Assembly (NCBI RefSeq): GCF_009914755.1
Contig: NC_060933.1
DNA: 64,000 nucleotides
Direction: 5' to 3' (one strand)
Origin: the human T2T-CHM13v2.0 reference genome, Homo sapiens
Shown here: positions 13,902 to 27,910 of the stretch, piece after piece
How the letters are laid out: the number at the start of each line of letters is the position of its first letter
Numbering within the stretch: the first letter of the stretch is position 1
The notes under the pieces: generated by a model
Told to the model about the DNA's origin: nothing
What the model saw: the letters and a program-made list of their open reading frames with translations, nothing else
The model's database searches: none
Position numbers and translations under genes: made by a program

Positions 13902-14289
13902 GCTACCTCCTTAGCCAAGTTGGAACTGCAGAACCTGCTCTGCCATGACTGACAGGGATGTCATCCCTGTCAGGATACTGAGGTATCCTGACCTAGGGGA
14001 CTATATGAGGACTAAGAACACACCCGAAGATCCAACGTTCTCCACAGGATCCTAGAGCTTGCTGGCCAACTTCGGTCCTATGACGAGTCATAAAGGCCCA
14101 GTAATGTGCCTTCTCACAGCATGGCCATTCTGGATCCTTCTGTACCAGGGTGCAGCTGCCTCCCTGGCTGCAAAGATAAGATTTCTCCTTCCCATGAAGA
14201 GAACCAGATGTCCCTAAGCTTTTCCTCAAACATAAGAGACAGTGTAATATAAAGATTAAGCTTACATTTTATCACAATTAAAAAAAAGA

Positions 14290-14475
14290 AGCTGGGTGCA
14301 GTAGCATGCGCCTGCAGTCCCAGCTACTCAAGAGGCTGAGGTGGGAGGATCACTCAAGCCCAGGAGTTCTGGGCTGCAGTGAGCCACGACCATGCCAATG
14401 TACTCTAGCCTGGGTGACTGACTGAGACCCCATCTCTAAAAAAAAAAAAAAGAGAAAAGAAAAGAAAAAAAGGGG
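14290..14475 (+). mobile_element. Alu right arm/FRAM
   Basis: Monomer with A-rich tail. Confidence 0.8.
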
Positions 14476-14636
14476 TAAAAAAAGGGTATACATAGTATGA
14501 TCCCATTTTTGTTGAAAAAACTTTTTTCTCCATACTTAGAAAAAAAGAGACAAGAATATACACCAAAATGTTAATGAAGTGGTGATCACTTGGTGAAAGT
14601 GATAAATAAAAAAAAAACAATTTTTAAATTCTTTAA

Positions 14637-15161
<525 letters not shown>

Positions 15162-15369
15162 TTTTATTTTTTTTTAAAGGCACAGAACTGATATGACCGG
15201 ATAAGTTTTATAAAAAATAAAATAAAATCAGTGCTTTTCCCATTATGTTTTTTCCCTTTTTCTCTTCCTATTCAAGCAACTAGGCTGTTCTGTTCTCACT
15301 GTCTTGGGAAAGGTATGTTATAACCAAAAAAAGAAAATTAAAATTTTTAAAGGGAAAAGAATGAAGCAG

Positions 15370-15570
15370 ATGGATGCCGGAACCAGACTCCCTGGGTCCA
15401 CCACATTCTAGTGGCAAGACCTTGATGAGGTAATTTAGCTGTTTTGCACTTCTGCTTCCTTATCCATAAAACAGGGCAGTAGCTACCTTGTAAAGATTTT
15501 GTGAGAATTAACCAAGTAAAGATACATAAAGTGCTCAGAACTGTGTCTGGCACATAGTAAGCACTACTTT
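15370..15570. mobile_element. MIR
   Basis: Core-like CTTCCTTATCCATAAAACAGGG...AAAGTGCTCAGAACTGTGTCTGGCACATAGTAAGCACT. Confidence 0.7.
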
Positions 15571-16104
15571 GAAAAGAAACCTTTACTTGGGGTACCTCTG
15601 CCTTTCTGAGTCCTTAAGACTCATTCCTCAACATTTCAGTGGTCTTAGAACGCCAGCTGGCTTCCAATACTAGATATACAATCCTATACTTGACCCCTAA
15701 CATTTGAGGGAAATTCACAGCAATACTGATTCACTCCAATTAAACCAAGAGCTTTAAGCGCACAATCAACCCCAGGAATTCTGTTCTGCAGTCCCGAGGG
15801 GCACCTCTAATGATTTCTGCTCCTGGAGCCGTATCATATGTTGTTCTTATACCATAGATGAATTCTTCCTTGATGTTTCATCTTTGCCCTTCTAAAGGTC
15901 AAAGTCAACAGCAGACACCAGCAGGACAGTGCAGGGGCCAAGAGTACTTAGGCACTGTGTGTTCTCTCCTAGTTGCCTGATCTCTGTGTGCCTCAATCTC
16001 CTATATAATGAGGATACCAATAGGAACTGCCTACTCCATGGGGGGATGAGGGGTCAGAGTGAAGCCATGGAAAGGGCTTGGAACAATGTAAATGGTCAAT
16101 CCAC

Positions 16105-16400
16105 TTTGAAAACATAATGCTGAGTGAAAGAAGCCAGACATAAAATGCCACATATTGCATGATTCTATTTATATGAAATACCCAGGGACAGCAAATCCAG
16201 AGAGACAGAAGACAGATTAGCGGCTGTCGGGGTTAGGAACAGGGGAGGAATGACGGCTCAACAGGTAGAGGGTTTCCTTTTGGGGTGATGACAATATTCC
16301 AGAGCCAGATAGTAATGATGGTTTCTCAACAATGTCAGCGTACTAAATGTCACTAATGGTCGATTTTGTGTCACGTATATTTTACCACAATTTTAAAAAT
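16105..16400 (+). mobile_element. L1MB-type 3' end
   Basis: GAAAACATAATGCTGAGTGAAAGAAGCCAGACA...TATATTTTACCACAATTTTAAAAA. Confidence 0.8.
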
Positions 16401-16692
16401 CACTTGCAAAAACTAAAAAGGTCAATAATGCCATCTATTGCTTGAATTACTACATAATTACTATAACATGTGCTAGGTCCCACCCAAGGCAAAAAAATGC
16501 CCTGCAAGCTCCTAGGAGGAGAGGGAATGCTATATGGGAGAAGTCGAAGAAGCGCGGGAAGGTAGGGTGGTGGGGTGGGAGGATGGGGGGAATGATGGGA
16601 TAAGCTTCATAAATGTGGCATCATCTGAGACAGGCCCTGAAAGATGGCTAGGCCCTTAAGGGATAAGAATCAGCCAATACGAAGGCAGCACA

Positions 16693-17310
<618 letters not shown>

Positions 17311-17629
17311 TAAGGCACAGGTACAGATACACAGGTGAGAAGTGAAGGGGACACTGGGGAGCTGCCAGAGAGCCACTAGAGTGACAGCCGTGAAGAAAAA
17401 CTGGAGAAGTGGACTTGAACAGCCTGGAAATGACTTTTAAGTCTAGTTTTGTATTTACTAGCTGTGGGATATGGGGCCAAAATCTTACTGGTGAGCTTTC
17501 TATAAAATTAGAACACCCAAAATTCTCTCGAGTAAATGCTATAAGGATTAAATGAAATGATCAAAGGTGAAAGCCTGATCTAAACCTACAACACCACACA
17601 AAAGGAAGGGAAGGAGCCCTGTAAAACAT

Positions 17630-18127
17630 TGTTTCTCAAACCTGACTGCACCTCAGAATCACCTGGGGAGTTTTAAAACATTCTGGGCCAGGCGTGGTGG
17701 CTCACGCCTGTAACCCCAGCACTTTGGGAGGCCGAGGTGGGGATGGATCACCTGAGGTCAGGAGTTTGAGACCAGCCTGCCCAATATGGCAAAACCCCGT
17801 CTCTATTAAAAATACAAAAATTAGCCAGGCATGGTGGTAGGCGCCTGTAATCCCAGCTACGGGGGAGCTGAGGCAGGAGGATAGCTTGAACCTGGGAGGC
17901 GGAGGTTGCAGTGAGCCAAGATCGTGCCACTGCACTCCAGCCTGGGCAACAGAGCGAGCAAAAAAACAAACAAACAAACAAACAAACAAAAAAACATTCT
18001 GGTGAAGCGGTCCCACCTCCCAAGCCCATCAATCTTGGTGGCAGTAGTCTGGGGTATAGCTTAGAAGCTGGACTTTGAAAAACTCCCCAGAAGATTCTAA
18101 GCATGCAGTAAACATCAAAAACCACTG
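17630..18127. mobile_element. MER5-type hAT DNA transposon split by an AluS (17686-17993, +)
   Basis: TTTCTCAAAC...AGAATCACCTGGGGAG and AAACTCCCCAG...GATTCTAA...AACCACTG ends; Alu TSD AAAACATTCTG. Confidence 0.75.
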
Positions 18128-19967
18128 TTGTATTAACTTATTAATCAGCCAGCCTTCGAAAAGGCAGAGTAAAGCAATGCTTTGAAGGCTGGAACACTAT
18201 ACAGAGCTGACCCAAGAATCCACTGGGGGCCACCAAGGCAAAGTCAAGGTAATGCAGTTAACATCCACACCCCACCCTAAATGAGCTCCTTTAGAGCAAC
18301 GCCCATACATTTGACCATTTTGTATTCCTCCCACAGGGCCTTACAGACACTAGATGTGCTGCAGTTGTTTTTTTTTTTTTTTTTTTCTTCAAGAAATAAA
18401 TGAAATAGCTGAAATAAAACAGTTCTTGTCAGTAAATGGATGCAACTGTAACTATCTGGAAAACTTACCTATGTGGAAGAGCTCATTCCCTGAAGCGAGT
18501 TAATAAACGACATGTTACAGTAATTCTATTATAGTACATACAATCCTTTCCCTTTTAAAAGACAGCATTAAATTTTTCCTTTTTTTTTTTCCAGGAGCGT
18601 CTTTAATTAAGAGGAACTTCATCGCTTTTAGAATAAAGCTAAATACCTCTGGACTTCAAAGCAAAATAAATCCCATAGCTCTAGAATACTGAGGTATCCT
18701 AAACAAATACCTCCGACCTTAAATTTCCTGCTCTCCCATTACAATATCCCATATCCCAGACCTCCTTTCTCAGGTTTCATCCTGGAGTGTCCCATTGGAT
18801 GTGTCACTGCTGGCTGTGTGCATGACCTGGGCCAGTTCCAAGCCAGCTTGGGCCCCTCCCTGGACTTTAACCAGCCATTCTTGCTACCATCAAAGCAGTG
18901 CTGATGCCACTCAATACAGATTGTAACCGACTGAGCAGAGGTGATATGGGCCTTGGGTCTCAGGCCCCAGCAGGCAAGAGCAATAAAAGGACTCCAGTCG
19001 GTGAAATGCCATGGAATGGGCTGTCAAGAGTGCGCTGCAGGTTAATAACTAACCCCGGTAGGCTTTTACAGTCTACCGGCCTTCCCTGGATGATGCCCAC
19101 ATCCATCACATGGGCAGGAGAGCTGGAGAAAGCCCCAGCTCTCATGTGCCAGGGTTGAGAACCCTGGTCGCTTTCAGAAGAGATGGCAGAGTCTCAGAGG
19201 GGCAAAGAGGCTCGCTGGATGTCGCTCATAAGCTCTGGGGGGCTACGTGCAGGAAGCTACACTTGTTACACCCTTGTTACTGCTCATTTGCCACGGTGAG
19301 CAGCAGCAGACTGGAGTGAGCAGCCTTCCAAGGCAGATGGGAAAGGCCTTTCGCCGCCTCCAGAATGAGATTTTGGACCAGGTGTTCTCCAACGGTTCCC
19401 TCAGAGGCGAACCCCACTGGTTCAAGCTGTCCCACACTCGGCCCAATTCCCTTCTCATTGATTCTGCATTCCCTAAAATGTCTGCTGGCATCTCCAGCCA
19501 GGAGAGACAGAATGGGTTCATGGAGGGCCTCCCGAGTATGTGAAGGGGACCCAAGCAGGAGTGAGCTAGAGGGAGGAAGAACCCACACTCGAGGAAGACA
19601 TTCAACAGCTGATCTCCACTCAGCCTTCTTGAGGATAAGGATCTTACTGATCTCTGTGTGCTCTGATCAGATGCTTGAAATAAGACCATTCCCGGTACTA
19701 ACTGTACCTCAGGGGTGACCAATGTTGAGGATGCAATCAACAAAACTCGGAAAGTAACAAACTGTAATAGGACAAACGGCCTCACTTCTCCAACAGATAA
19801 ATGGCTCAAAAAGGTGAAGAGAAGGTTTTTAGGTTAAGAGTCTTAGATAGAATATCTATCAAATGCAATGAAAGAACCTTGCTGAAAACCACAGAAGAAA
19901 ATTTGAACATTGGCCGAATATCTGACACTAAAAAATAATTGTTCATTATTTTTAGAAGTCTTGATGA

Positions 19968-20440
19968 AGTCTTGTGATGTTGCCCAGGCTGGCCTCGGAT
20001 TCCTGGACTCAAGTGATCCTCCCATCTCAGCCTCCCAAGTCGCTGGGATTACAGGTGTGTGCTATCACAATCAACTCTATTTTTTTAAAACTGGTCCTTA
20101 TCTTTTAGAGATACCTACTGAAATACATGTTTGAAATTAAATGTTTAGGCCAGGCACGGAGACTCATGCCTGTAATCTCAGCACTTTGGGAGGCTGAGGC
20201 AGGCGGATCGCTTGAAGTCAGGATATCAAGACCAGCCTGGCCAACATGGTGAAACCCTGTCTCTACTAAAAATACAAAAATTTAGCGCGTGGTGGCGCAT
20301 GCCTGTAATCCCAGCTATTCAGGAAGCTGAGGCAGGAGAATCACTTGAATCCTGGAGCCAGAGGTTGCAGGGAACCAAGATCACGCACTGCACTCCAGCC
20401 TAGGTGACGAAGCGAGATTCCGTCTTTTAAAAAAAAAAAA
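19968..20440. mobile_element. FLAM-like monomer (-) and AluS (+, 20147-20440) within an old L1ME 3' region
   Basis: Alu consensus motifs; the flanks resemble L1ME 3' UTR. Confidence 0.8.
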
Positions 20441-21099
20441 TTACATGTTTAGAATTTGTTTAAAATAATCAGGAAAGGGCAGTAGGGAGGGGTATAAAAG
20501 GAGAGTGGCCACAAACTGATAAGTACGGAAATGAAGATGACTACTTAGGGTCCATATATAGTTCTCGCTACTCTGGAATATGCTTAGAAAATTCCATAAT
20601 AAAAACTTCAAAAAGAGTGGGCAGAGCTGATGTGAATACTATAGATCCCGTAGTTGCTCTCACAAAAAGCCACCAGCAGCAACCAACTTCAGCTCATTCA
20701 CAGTGAAAAGTGAAATCAAAACATTAATTCCTACTTAGTGAGGAAAGACCTGCCAGGGAAGCTTGTCAACTTGGGGCTTACAGTGTTCGCTCCCTTATTC
20801 CACCGAGGTGACCTCAGAAGCGGAACGGGATACGGGAGACAATCTCATGGAGTCCAGAGGCCAGTGAGAAAAATACAACTCCACCTAAAAACACATGTGA
20901 AAATCATAAAACAAAACATTCCAGGAAGAACTACACATTGCTAACAACATATGAAAGACACTCAACCCTGGCCAGATGCAGCAGCTCATGCCTATAATGC
21001 CAGCACTTTGGGAGGCTGAGATGGGAGAATTGCTTGAGGCCAGGAGTCTGAGAATGGCCTAGGCAACACAACCAGATCCCATCTCTATTATTAAGAAAT

Positions 21100-21108
<9 letters not shown>

Positions 21109-21140
<32 letters not shown>
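21109..21140. repeat. (GA)16 microsatellite
   Basis: Seen directly, in the tail region of a FLAM at ~20970-21090. Confidence 0.9.
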
Positions 21141-21144
<4 letters not shown>

Positions 21145-22139
21145 TAGGTGAAAGGTACTCAACCCCATCAACAACTGGGGGAAGGTAGAGACTACAAAGG
21201 TGCCACTAACTCCCACTATCCTGGTAAAATCAAACAAAGAAGCTGACAATGCCAAGTGTTGGAGAAGAATGGATTAGGGAAGCTTTTACATGCTGTGGGG
21301 ACTCTGGAAAACAATTTTGTATGATTATAAAGGGCCCCGCCCACTCTTCCTCCCAGGTACACACCCAGGATAGATGCTTCCTGGCACATGTACACCAGAG
21401 ACCAATTCCAGAAAGTTCAAAGCGGTGTTTTTTTTCCCTAATAGTTCCAAAGTGAAAACATCCCAAATGTCCACACAGGATCAATTCCGGTATATGCATG
21501 CAATGGAATAACTACAAAACAGTAAGAACTCCAGTCATCTCACTGACACAAATTCTCACAGACACAATATTGAAGGAAAAATTCATGTATATACAGCTCA
21601 CAAACCTGCAAAACTAACATGATATTGTTTAGGAAAACGTACACATGCAGAGAACCTATAAAGAAAAGAAAGGGATGAAAGACAAACTTCAGGAGGGAGG
21701 GAGGGAGGGGAATGTGACTGAGACAGAGCATGTGGGGACTTTCACAGCATTGGTGATGGTCTTTGTTCCTAAGCTCGGTGGTGGGCACAAGGATGTTCAT
21801 TGTGTTATTTCTCTAAAACTATTCATGTTATAGAGAGTCTTTTGTATTTATATTTCATCATTTAAAAATCTAAAGAATGTGCTGGACAGAGGGCTTGCCA
21901 ACACTGCGCAACTCAGACAAAAATGTAAGGGGGAGAAAACTTGCCTGCCACACACCCCCAAACGAAGCCCAGACAGCCTTGGAAGATGATCAGCATGATG
22001 CAGAAGAGTCCCAGGGAAGAGGTGTCAGAATCCAAGAATAACACCACGAGGTGAGGGCTGGGGACATCCAAGTCTCTGGTGGCAGTGCCACAAGTGAATG
22101 GGTAGGACCGAGTTAAGACGGTCCAGACCTGCATAAACA

Positions 22140-22582
22140 TCCACAATCCATGAATGGATAAACTGTACGTGGTATACTCTTACAAGAGAACATTACTCAG
22201 CGTTAGAAAGGAATGAAGTTCTGGCACCTGCTACATACAACATGGATGAACCTTGAGAATACTAGGCTAAGTGAAATACGCCAGCACAAATGGACAAATA
22301 CTGTAGGATTCCACTTATATGGGGTACCTAGAGTAGCTAAATTCATAGACAAAAAAGTAGAATGGTGGTTGCCCGGGGTTTGGGGGGAGTGAAAATAGGG
22401 AGTTAATGTTTAATGGGGACTGAGTTTCAGTTTGGGAAGATGAAAAACGTCTGGAGACCAATGGTGGTGAAGGTTGCAAAACAGTGTGAATGTACATCAT
22501 GCCACTTAACTGCATACACTTAAACACGGTTAAAATAGTAAATTTTATGTTATTTATATTAATACCATGATTTTCAAAAAAA
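22140..22582 (+). mobile_element. L1MB-type 3' end
   Basis: ATGAATGGATAAAC...CAACATGGATGAACCTTGAG...GGTTAAAATAGTAAATTTTATGTT. Confidence 0.85.
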
Positions 22583-22639
22583 TTCATAATTCAGGGTAGG
22601 TGCAGCTCAGCAAGTGAACAGGTAGAGCAAAGGAGATGC

Positions 22640-23060
22640 ATTATCAGGCTGACTTCAACGCACCTGAGCGAATGCTATGCTGCAGACAACACTCAGCTCA
22701 TGAGACAGGCATGGAAAAGAAACCACAGAGCTGAGGGATGCCAGCTCTGCAGGCACCCGCTGAACCAGGCAGTTGGCATCCTCACAGCTGCAGGGTAGAC
22801 CATTCCACCCGGGGGGACTGAGCTGGGTAACAAAGAAGCACCGGATGATCCCACAGGTGGGACAGGACCCTTGGGATATCATCTTCCAGTTCTTGGCTTC
22901 ATGAAGAAAATGCTGGGCACTCAGCCAGCTATGACTTTGGGGAAAAGAACCTGCAAAAAATGCTGAGAAATGGTAGACAGAATCCAAATGCCAGAGATGC
23001 TGAAAGGCAAAGTGGTTCAGAAAAGACAGGGGATTTTACTGCATGAAATTCTGACCTTCC
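22640..23060 (+). mobile_element. CR1/L3 ORF2 relic (endonuclease/linker region)
   Basis: GACTTCAAC and GACTTTGGGGAAAAG...AGAATCCAAATGCCAGAGATGCTGAAAGGCAAAGTGGTTCAG...ATGAAATTCTGAC resemble L3. Confidence 0.45.
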
Positions 23061-24307
23061 CAGGGAGTTCTAAGAGAACACACATTTAACACAGGAAGGC
23101 TGGGTGTGCACAGCATGGGCTGAGGGGAAGAGCACTGGAAAATGAGTCCGGAAACCTAAATTCAATCTGGCTCTCCCATACTTACTAGCAGAGTGGCCCG
23201 AGGCCATCTGCTCTCCGAGACCATCTGCAAAGGGGATGATAACGTGCACCTTCCCAGGCGGCAGTGATTAAGGGAAGCAACACAGATTCTGCATGCCTTG
23301 GAGATGGGGCTGCCTGACGCGTAAGTGATCAGGTGCTTTGCATATCAACCTCCAAGCCCCCAGAGACAGGTATTACTCACTCAAACCACATCACACACAG
23401 CAGAGAATAAGAGTTGAATTTAAGTATTCTAGAATACACACAAAAGAGGGCACCAAACTGGTGAGAAGCCTGTCAAGAAATGTGGATGGGGAGGAGAAAA
23501 GAAAAAAATGTTTTAAAGGATATACACCACGCTTATAAACATGTATACAAAAGCACAAAGATGGAAAGGAACAAAGTGAAACCAACCAGTTGCTATGCAG
23601 CAGGATAGGAATATGAAAATGTTTTTCTTTGAGATAATTTTAATGTTGTTCTACTAAGCACTTTTTAAAAACATCACCTACTTCTGATCTGAGTGTTGAA
23701 TTATGGCCATCAAACCATTATGCACTCGAGTGAAATGACATTCAATGAGTCTAACTAAAGAAGTAAATCTGATCCCAAGTGGCCTACAAAGGTGGAAACC
23801 CTCTGGGGGCTCAGGGGTCGCCATCCAGCTCGGAACCTCTGGGGCAAGCTCAGAGCCCTCCCACCCCCCTCGCCCAGCTGTGCTGTCAGAGACCTTCCCA
23901 GACCACAAATCAAGCTAGAGTCTGCCTTTACTAGCTATGTGACCTTGGACAAGTTTCTTAACCTGTCTGCTAAACCCTGATTCTTTCCTCTACAAATCAG
24001 GAATAACAACAGTAACCATCAACACAGTTTTTGTGAGGATTCAACAAGATAATCACCTAGATGGGGTCCCGACATCATCTTCATTTCAAAGGCAACTCAC
24101 TCACTCACTCCTTTAAGATCCAGGCATACAGCCAGAACTCATCTGAATCCCCTACCCCAAGGAACCCGGAGCCCAGGGATGGGGCTTTTCTGACCCCCAT
24201 CTTCCACGCGTTTCCACCTGCTGTTCCCTCCACCCAGACACAGCTGAACTCCTACACATCCTTTGGGGCAATTCCATTGTCACTCTGGGGACCAAACCTT
24301 CTCCAGC

Positions 24308-24445
24308 TGCCCGGGTGTGGTGGCTCACACCTGTAATCCCAGAGCTTTGGGAGGCCGCAGTGGGAGGATCTCCTGAGGGCAGAAGTTCCAGGCCAGCCTG
24401 GGCAATATAGTGAGACCCCAATGTTACCAAAAAAAGAAAAAAAAA
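24308..24445 (+). mobile_element. FLAM-like Alu monomer
   Basis: Monomer; TSD-like AAACCTTCTCCA on both sides. Confidence 0.8.
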
Positions 24446-26604
24446 CCTTCTCCAACTCCAGCCCACACTTCAGTTGCTCACCCCCGGCACCACCCCATGT
24501 TGGTTTATGGGTATCTGTTTACTCTGTCTGCCCCTCAAGACTGGGAGCTTAAGAAACACTCTTCTCTCTCCGATACCCCTCCCCCATGCTTAATGTAGTG
24601 TAAGGGCTCAGTAAGCCTTTGCTGACTGAAGAAAACATATTGTGAGCAAACAAAAACATTTTGGAAAACAATTTAAAATAAACCAGAAATTAAAATCAGG
24701 TGGGACTAGTAAAATTAATCTAGCTCTAGAGAGAGGCCACAGAGGCTGCAGAAGGAGTGAGATTAGAGGGATTAGGGTGGTGGGGGGGCACACCAGGATG
24801 CTGCCCGGCTCCAGCCCCACTCTGCCAGGTCAGCTCTGGCTGGTAGCAGAGTCACAGGCATCCTGGGCTGGCGAGAGTCGAGACTGCCCCATAGCAGCTG
24901 CTTTCAGATGCAAGGGGACTCTGAGGTCACATCAACAAGACCTTTAACCTGCCAGCAAGAGAAAGTAATTGTGGTGAGGAGGGTCAGAGTGCCAGGCAGC
25001 TTGCTTCCTACCAAGGGAGGGGCAGCAGGCAGCACACAGCGCAGATGGCTAACAAGCACTGGGGGGTCCCCACCCCAGCTAAGAGTCCCAGGAAATGTAG
25101 AGAGGAGAGCCGAGGGCCTCACCCTAAAGAGATACAAGCTCCAAGTCGACCATCCTTATTCAACTGTGCTGAGGTGGGAGTAGACAGAGACTTCCATCAA
25201 CCCACTTAAGTTCATCATTTTAAAAACATGTTTATATCTGAATATGAAATAAAGCACAGATGAATGCGCACCCCTATTTTAACAGTGTTTAATGAAACTG
25301 TAGATGTTGTTCCAACCTTTGTGTATTTTCAAATGGGTCTTCGATGAATGCATTGTAAACGAGAAATGAAAGGAGAGCACACACACGAACCTGGAAAACA
25401 CACCCAGATGAATCAGCAGCTGACCCTGCCCTCAGGCAGCAGCCACGGGCTACAGGTGGAAACTGGAGTGCAGTTCCCACTGGAGGAGAAGGCTCCAGGC
25501 AGGGCAGAGAGAGGCCCGGGGAGGAGCCCACTCCCAGCCGGCCAAAGGAAGTCAAGCAGTGGGCAAGGATGGAACACGTGTTTTGAGGACAAATGGTAGG
25601 CGGAGGATTTCTGTGGTTGCCAGGCTGGATTTTTTTCTAAGTCCCCACGCAAGAATTTAAGGGAAGGCCCCACCCCCATCGACCTTCTGCTATTTCAAAA
25701 CGAAACAGACCTGTGCCTTCATCCACTGCAGGGTACTAGGAACAGAATTCAATGAGATTATGCACGTGAAAGTGCTTAGCAAGTTAATATTTGTTCAGAG
25801 CCCTGTACCAGTGTAGGGTCATGTTACCGGCACTGGAGAGGCTAGGCTGCGGCCCCTTCCCCCTGCAGGCCAACCCCCGCCCCTTATTAACACTGACAAA
25901 TCCAGCAAGTATAGAAGGGGAGTTAGTGCTCTTGCTTGTATCACGACACCCCCTTTGGGAAGGGTGTTCATTACCCCTCTCTCACCCCCCCCCACCTCAG
26001 CCTTTCTTTTAAAACAAAGAAGGCATATCCAAAAATAACACAAACTCATGACCCACTAGATATCCAAGGCCTCATTCCAGGTCTGAGAGGGGATGTGGGT
26101 GGGGCAAGTAGTGGAAGGCCACCTTTAGCCAATACCTACCCTACAGGGGCAAAAAAAGCAAGCCACCCAGAGCCCTGGGATAAGCCAGTGTGCCCATGGC
26201 AGCCAGAGCCTTGGGAAAGGGTAGAAATGAGAAGCTGTCTTCAACCTCCTGCGGGTCCCTTAATTCTTCCCAACCAAGAGTGAAGACAGCTCTATCTCAA
26301 ACCTTCACCCTCCCCAACACACTCACCCAACTCCACCTGTGAGCTGCTCTACCGTTGCCCCCTTCTCCTAGCCAGGCCCTCATCACCCCTTACCTGACAA
26401 ATGCAATGGCATGACTGGTCTCCAGTCCCTCCCCTAGCCCTCCACTCCACTGTGACAAAAATGGGCTCCCTAAAGTACAGGTCAAACCCCAGCTCAAAGA
26501 CTGCCAACCCCCCTACCATTGCTACAGCAATGGTATTGCTCGCCCCATTGCTACAGCAGTTTATAATGCATGGTGTAGCTGCCTCTGTTCTCACAGTTCT
26601 AGGG

Positions 26605-26772
26605 CCAGGGTTTTTCACTGGCTGTGAAGAGACCACCTGCATCAGAATCACCTGGAGTAACTTGTTAAAAGTTGAGCTTCCTGATATACTGAATCAAGAA
26701 ATTCTCGGGGTGTGCTCTGGGAATTTTAATGGAAGAAAAAAAATCCCAGATGAACTTTGTGAACACTGAAGT
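26605..26772. mobile_element. MER5A-like DNA transposon
   Basis: ACCACCTGCATCAGAATCACCTGGAG...CTTGTTAAAA...TACTGAATCAAGAA. Confidence 0.7.
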
Positions 26773-27719
26773 TGGGATCATTTTTTCCACTGTTTGGGAA
26801 AATCTGTTCTATTTCCAACTGCCAGGAATGTACCCCATCCCTCTTCCATGATCCTGTGTTAGGACGTGGGGTTAGTCTTCCCTCCCACTGCTGACCCTAC
26901 GCTTGACACCTTCAGACGCTGACAATCAGGGTTCCCAAAGCAGCCGGTTCCAACTCTTTCACTGACTGACTGAAGGGAAGTCACTTTATAGCCACAGACC
27001 ACAGCTTCCCAGTTTCTCCAATGGGCCGGGGAGGTGCTGTCCAGGGTCCTCTTCAACTCCAAAATAAGCCATATGACCTTTATGTTGTATCATGTATGTT
27101 ATGTGAGATCAGAGGTTTCAGTCCTAAAATTCTAAAAACCTGGATTCTCCTGTTTTTGCTGAAAAAAACATCACTTTTCACATCCAAAGTGAAACTTTTA
27201 AAAAGCATTTCTCATACTACATCCAACTTCCAATTTCCACTAAAGAAGAGCCAAGCAATGGTTAGCCTGCCTGGCACAGCATTTTTTTTTTTAATGTCTA
27301 TTACTAGAAACTTCTTCAAATCTTTCCAAAGTTCAAAGTAGAGGAAGGAGAGGTTTCTAAGATTACAACCTACTAGCAACCTTTCAGCACTCTGTTGCAC
27401 CATGAGGCCTTCCCGTCACCAAATCCTCCCAACATCCCCATTTGAAAGATCAGGAAGTCAATGGCTCAGAGAGCTGCAATTGCCCAAAGCTGCAGAGCCA
27501 GGGTGCAATATGCAAAGGTAGATCTTCGAATTCTGAAATCCTCCATGTTTACACTGGACCACAATGAGTCAATGTTGAGTTCCAGATGCAGGGGAGGCAA
27601 GTGCACCAAATGCAACAATGGCCCATGGGCCGTTCCCTCCAAAGCATGGCGGGAGTGCTAACTGGCCGACCGCACATCCTAACAGCTTTCCACACTGAGC
27701 ACACAGGGCAACGGGAGGC

Positions 27720-27910
27720 GGGGCTGAGCAACAGCCACACGAGCAAAAGCGATGCCAGGGATTTAGTCAACAGAGAGCTAATATGAGTCAACAGTGGGTG
27801 CCGCTGCCAAGCACACTAATGGGATCTTCAGCTGCATTAATAGAAGGAAAGCGTCTAGGGCAGGCCGAGGGAGGGAGTCCTGCCCTGCTCTGACCAGACC
27901 ACACCTGAGG
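27720..27910 (+). mobile_element. CR1/L3 RT C-terminal relic
   Basis: ATGAGTCAACAGTG...; translates AAKHTNGIFSCINRRKASR versus CR1 AAKKANGILGCI.RS.ASR. Confidence 0.7.

Noticed and set aside
19243-19809. 188-aa minus ORF and overlapping ORFs as a hidden exon or retrogene
   Set aside because: No recognisable family, poly(A)/TSD or convincing splice sites; the region adjoins L1ME-like sequence. A tblastx/PhyloCSF check would settle it.
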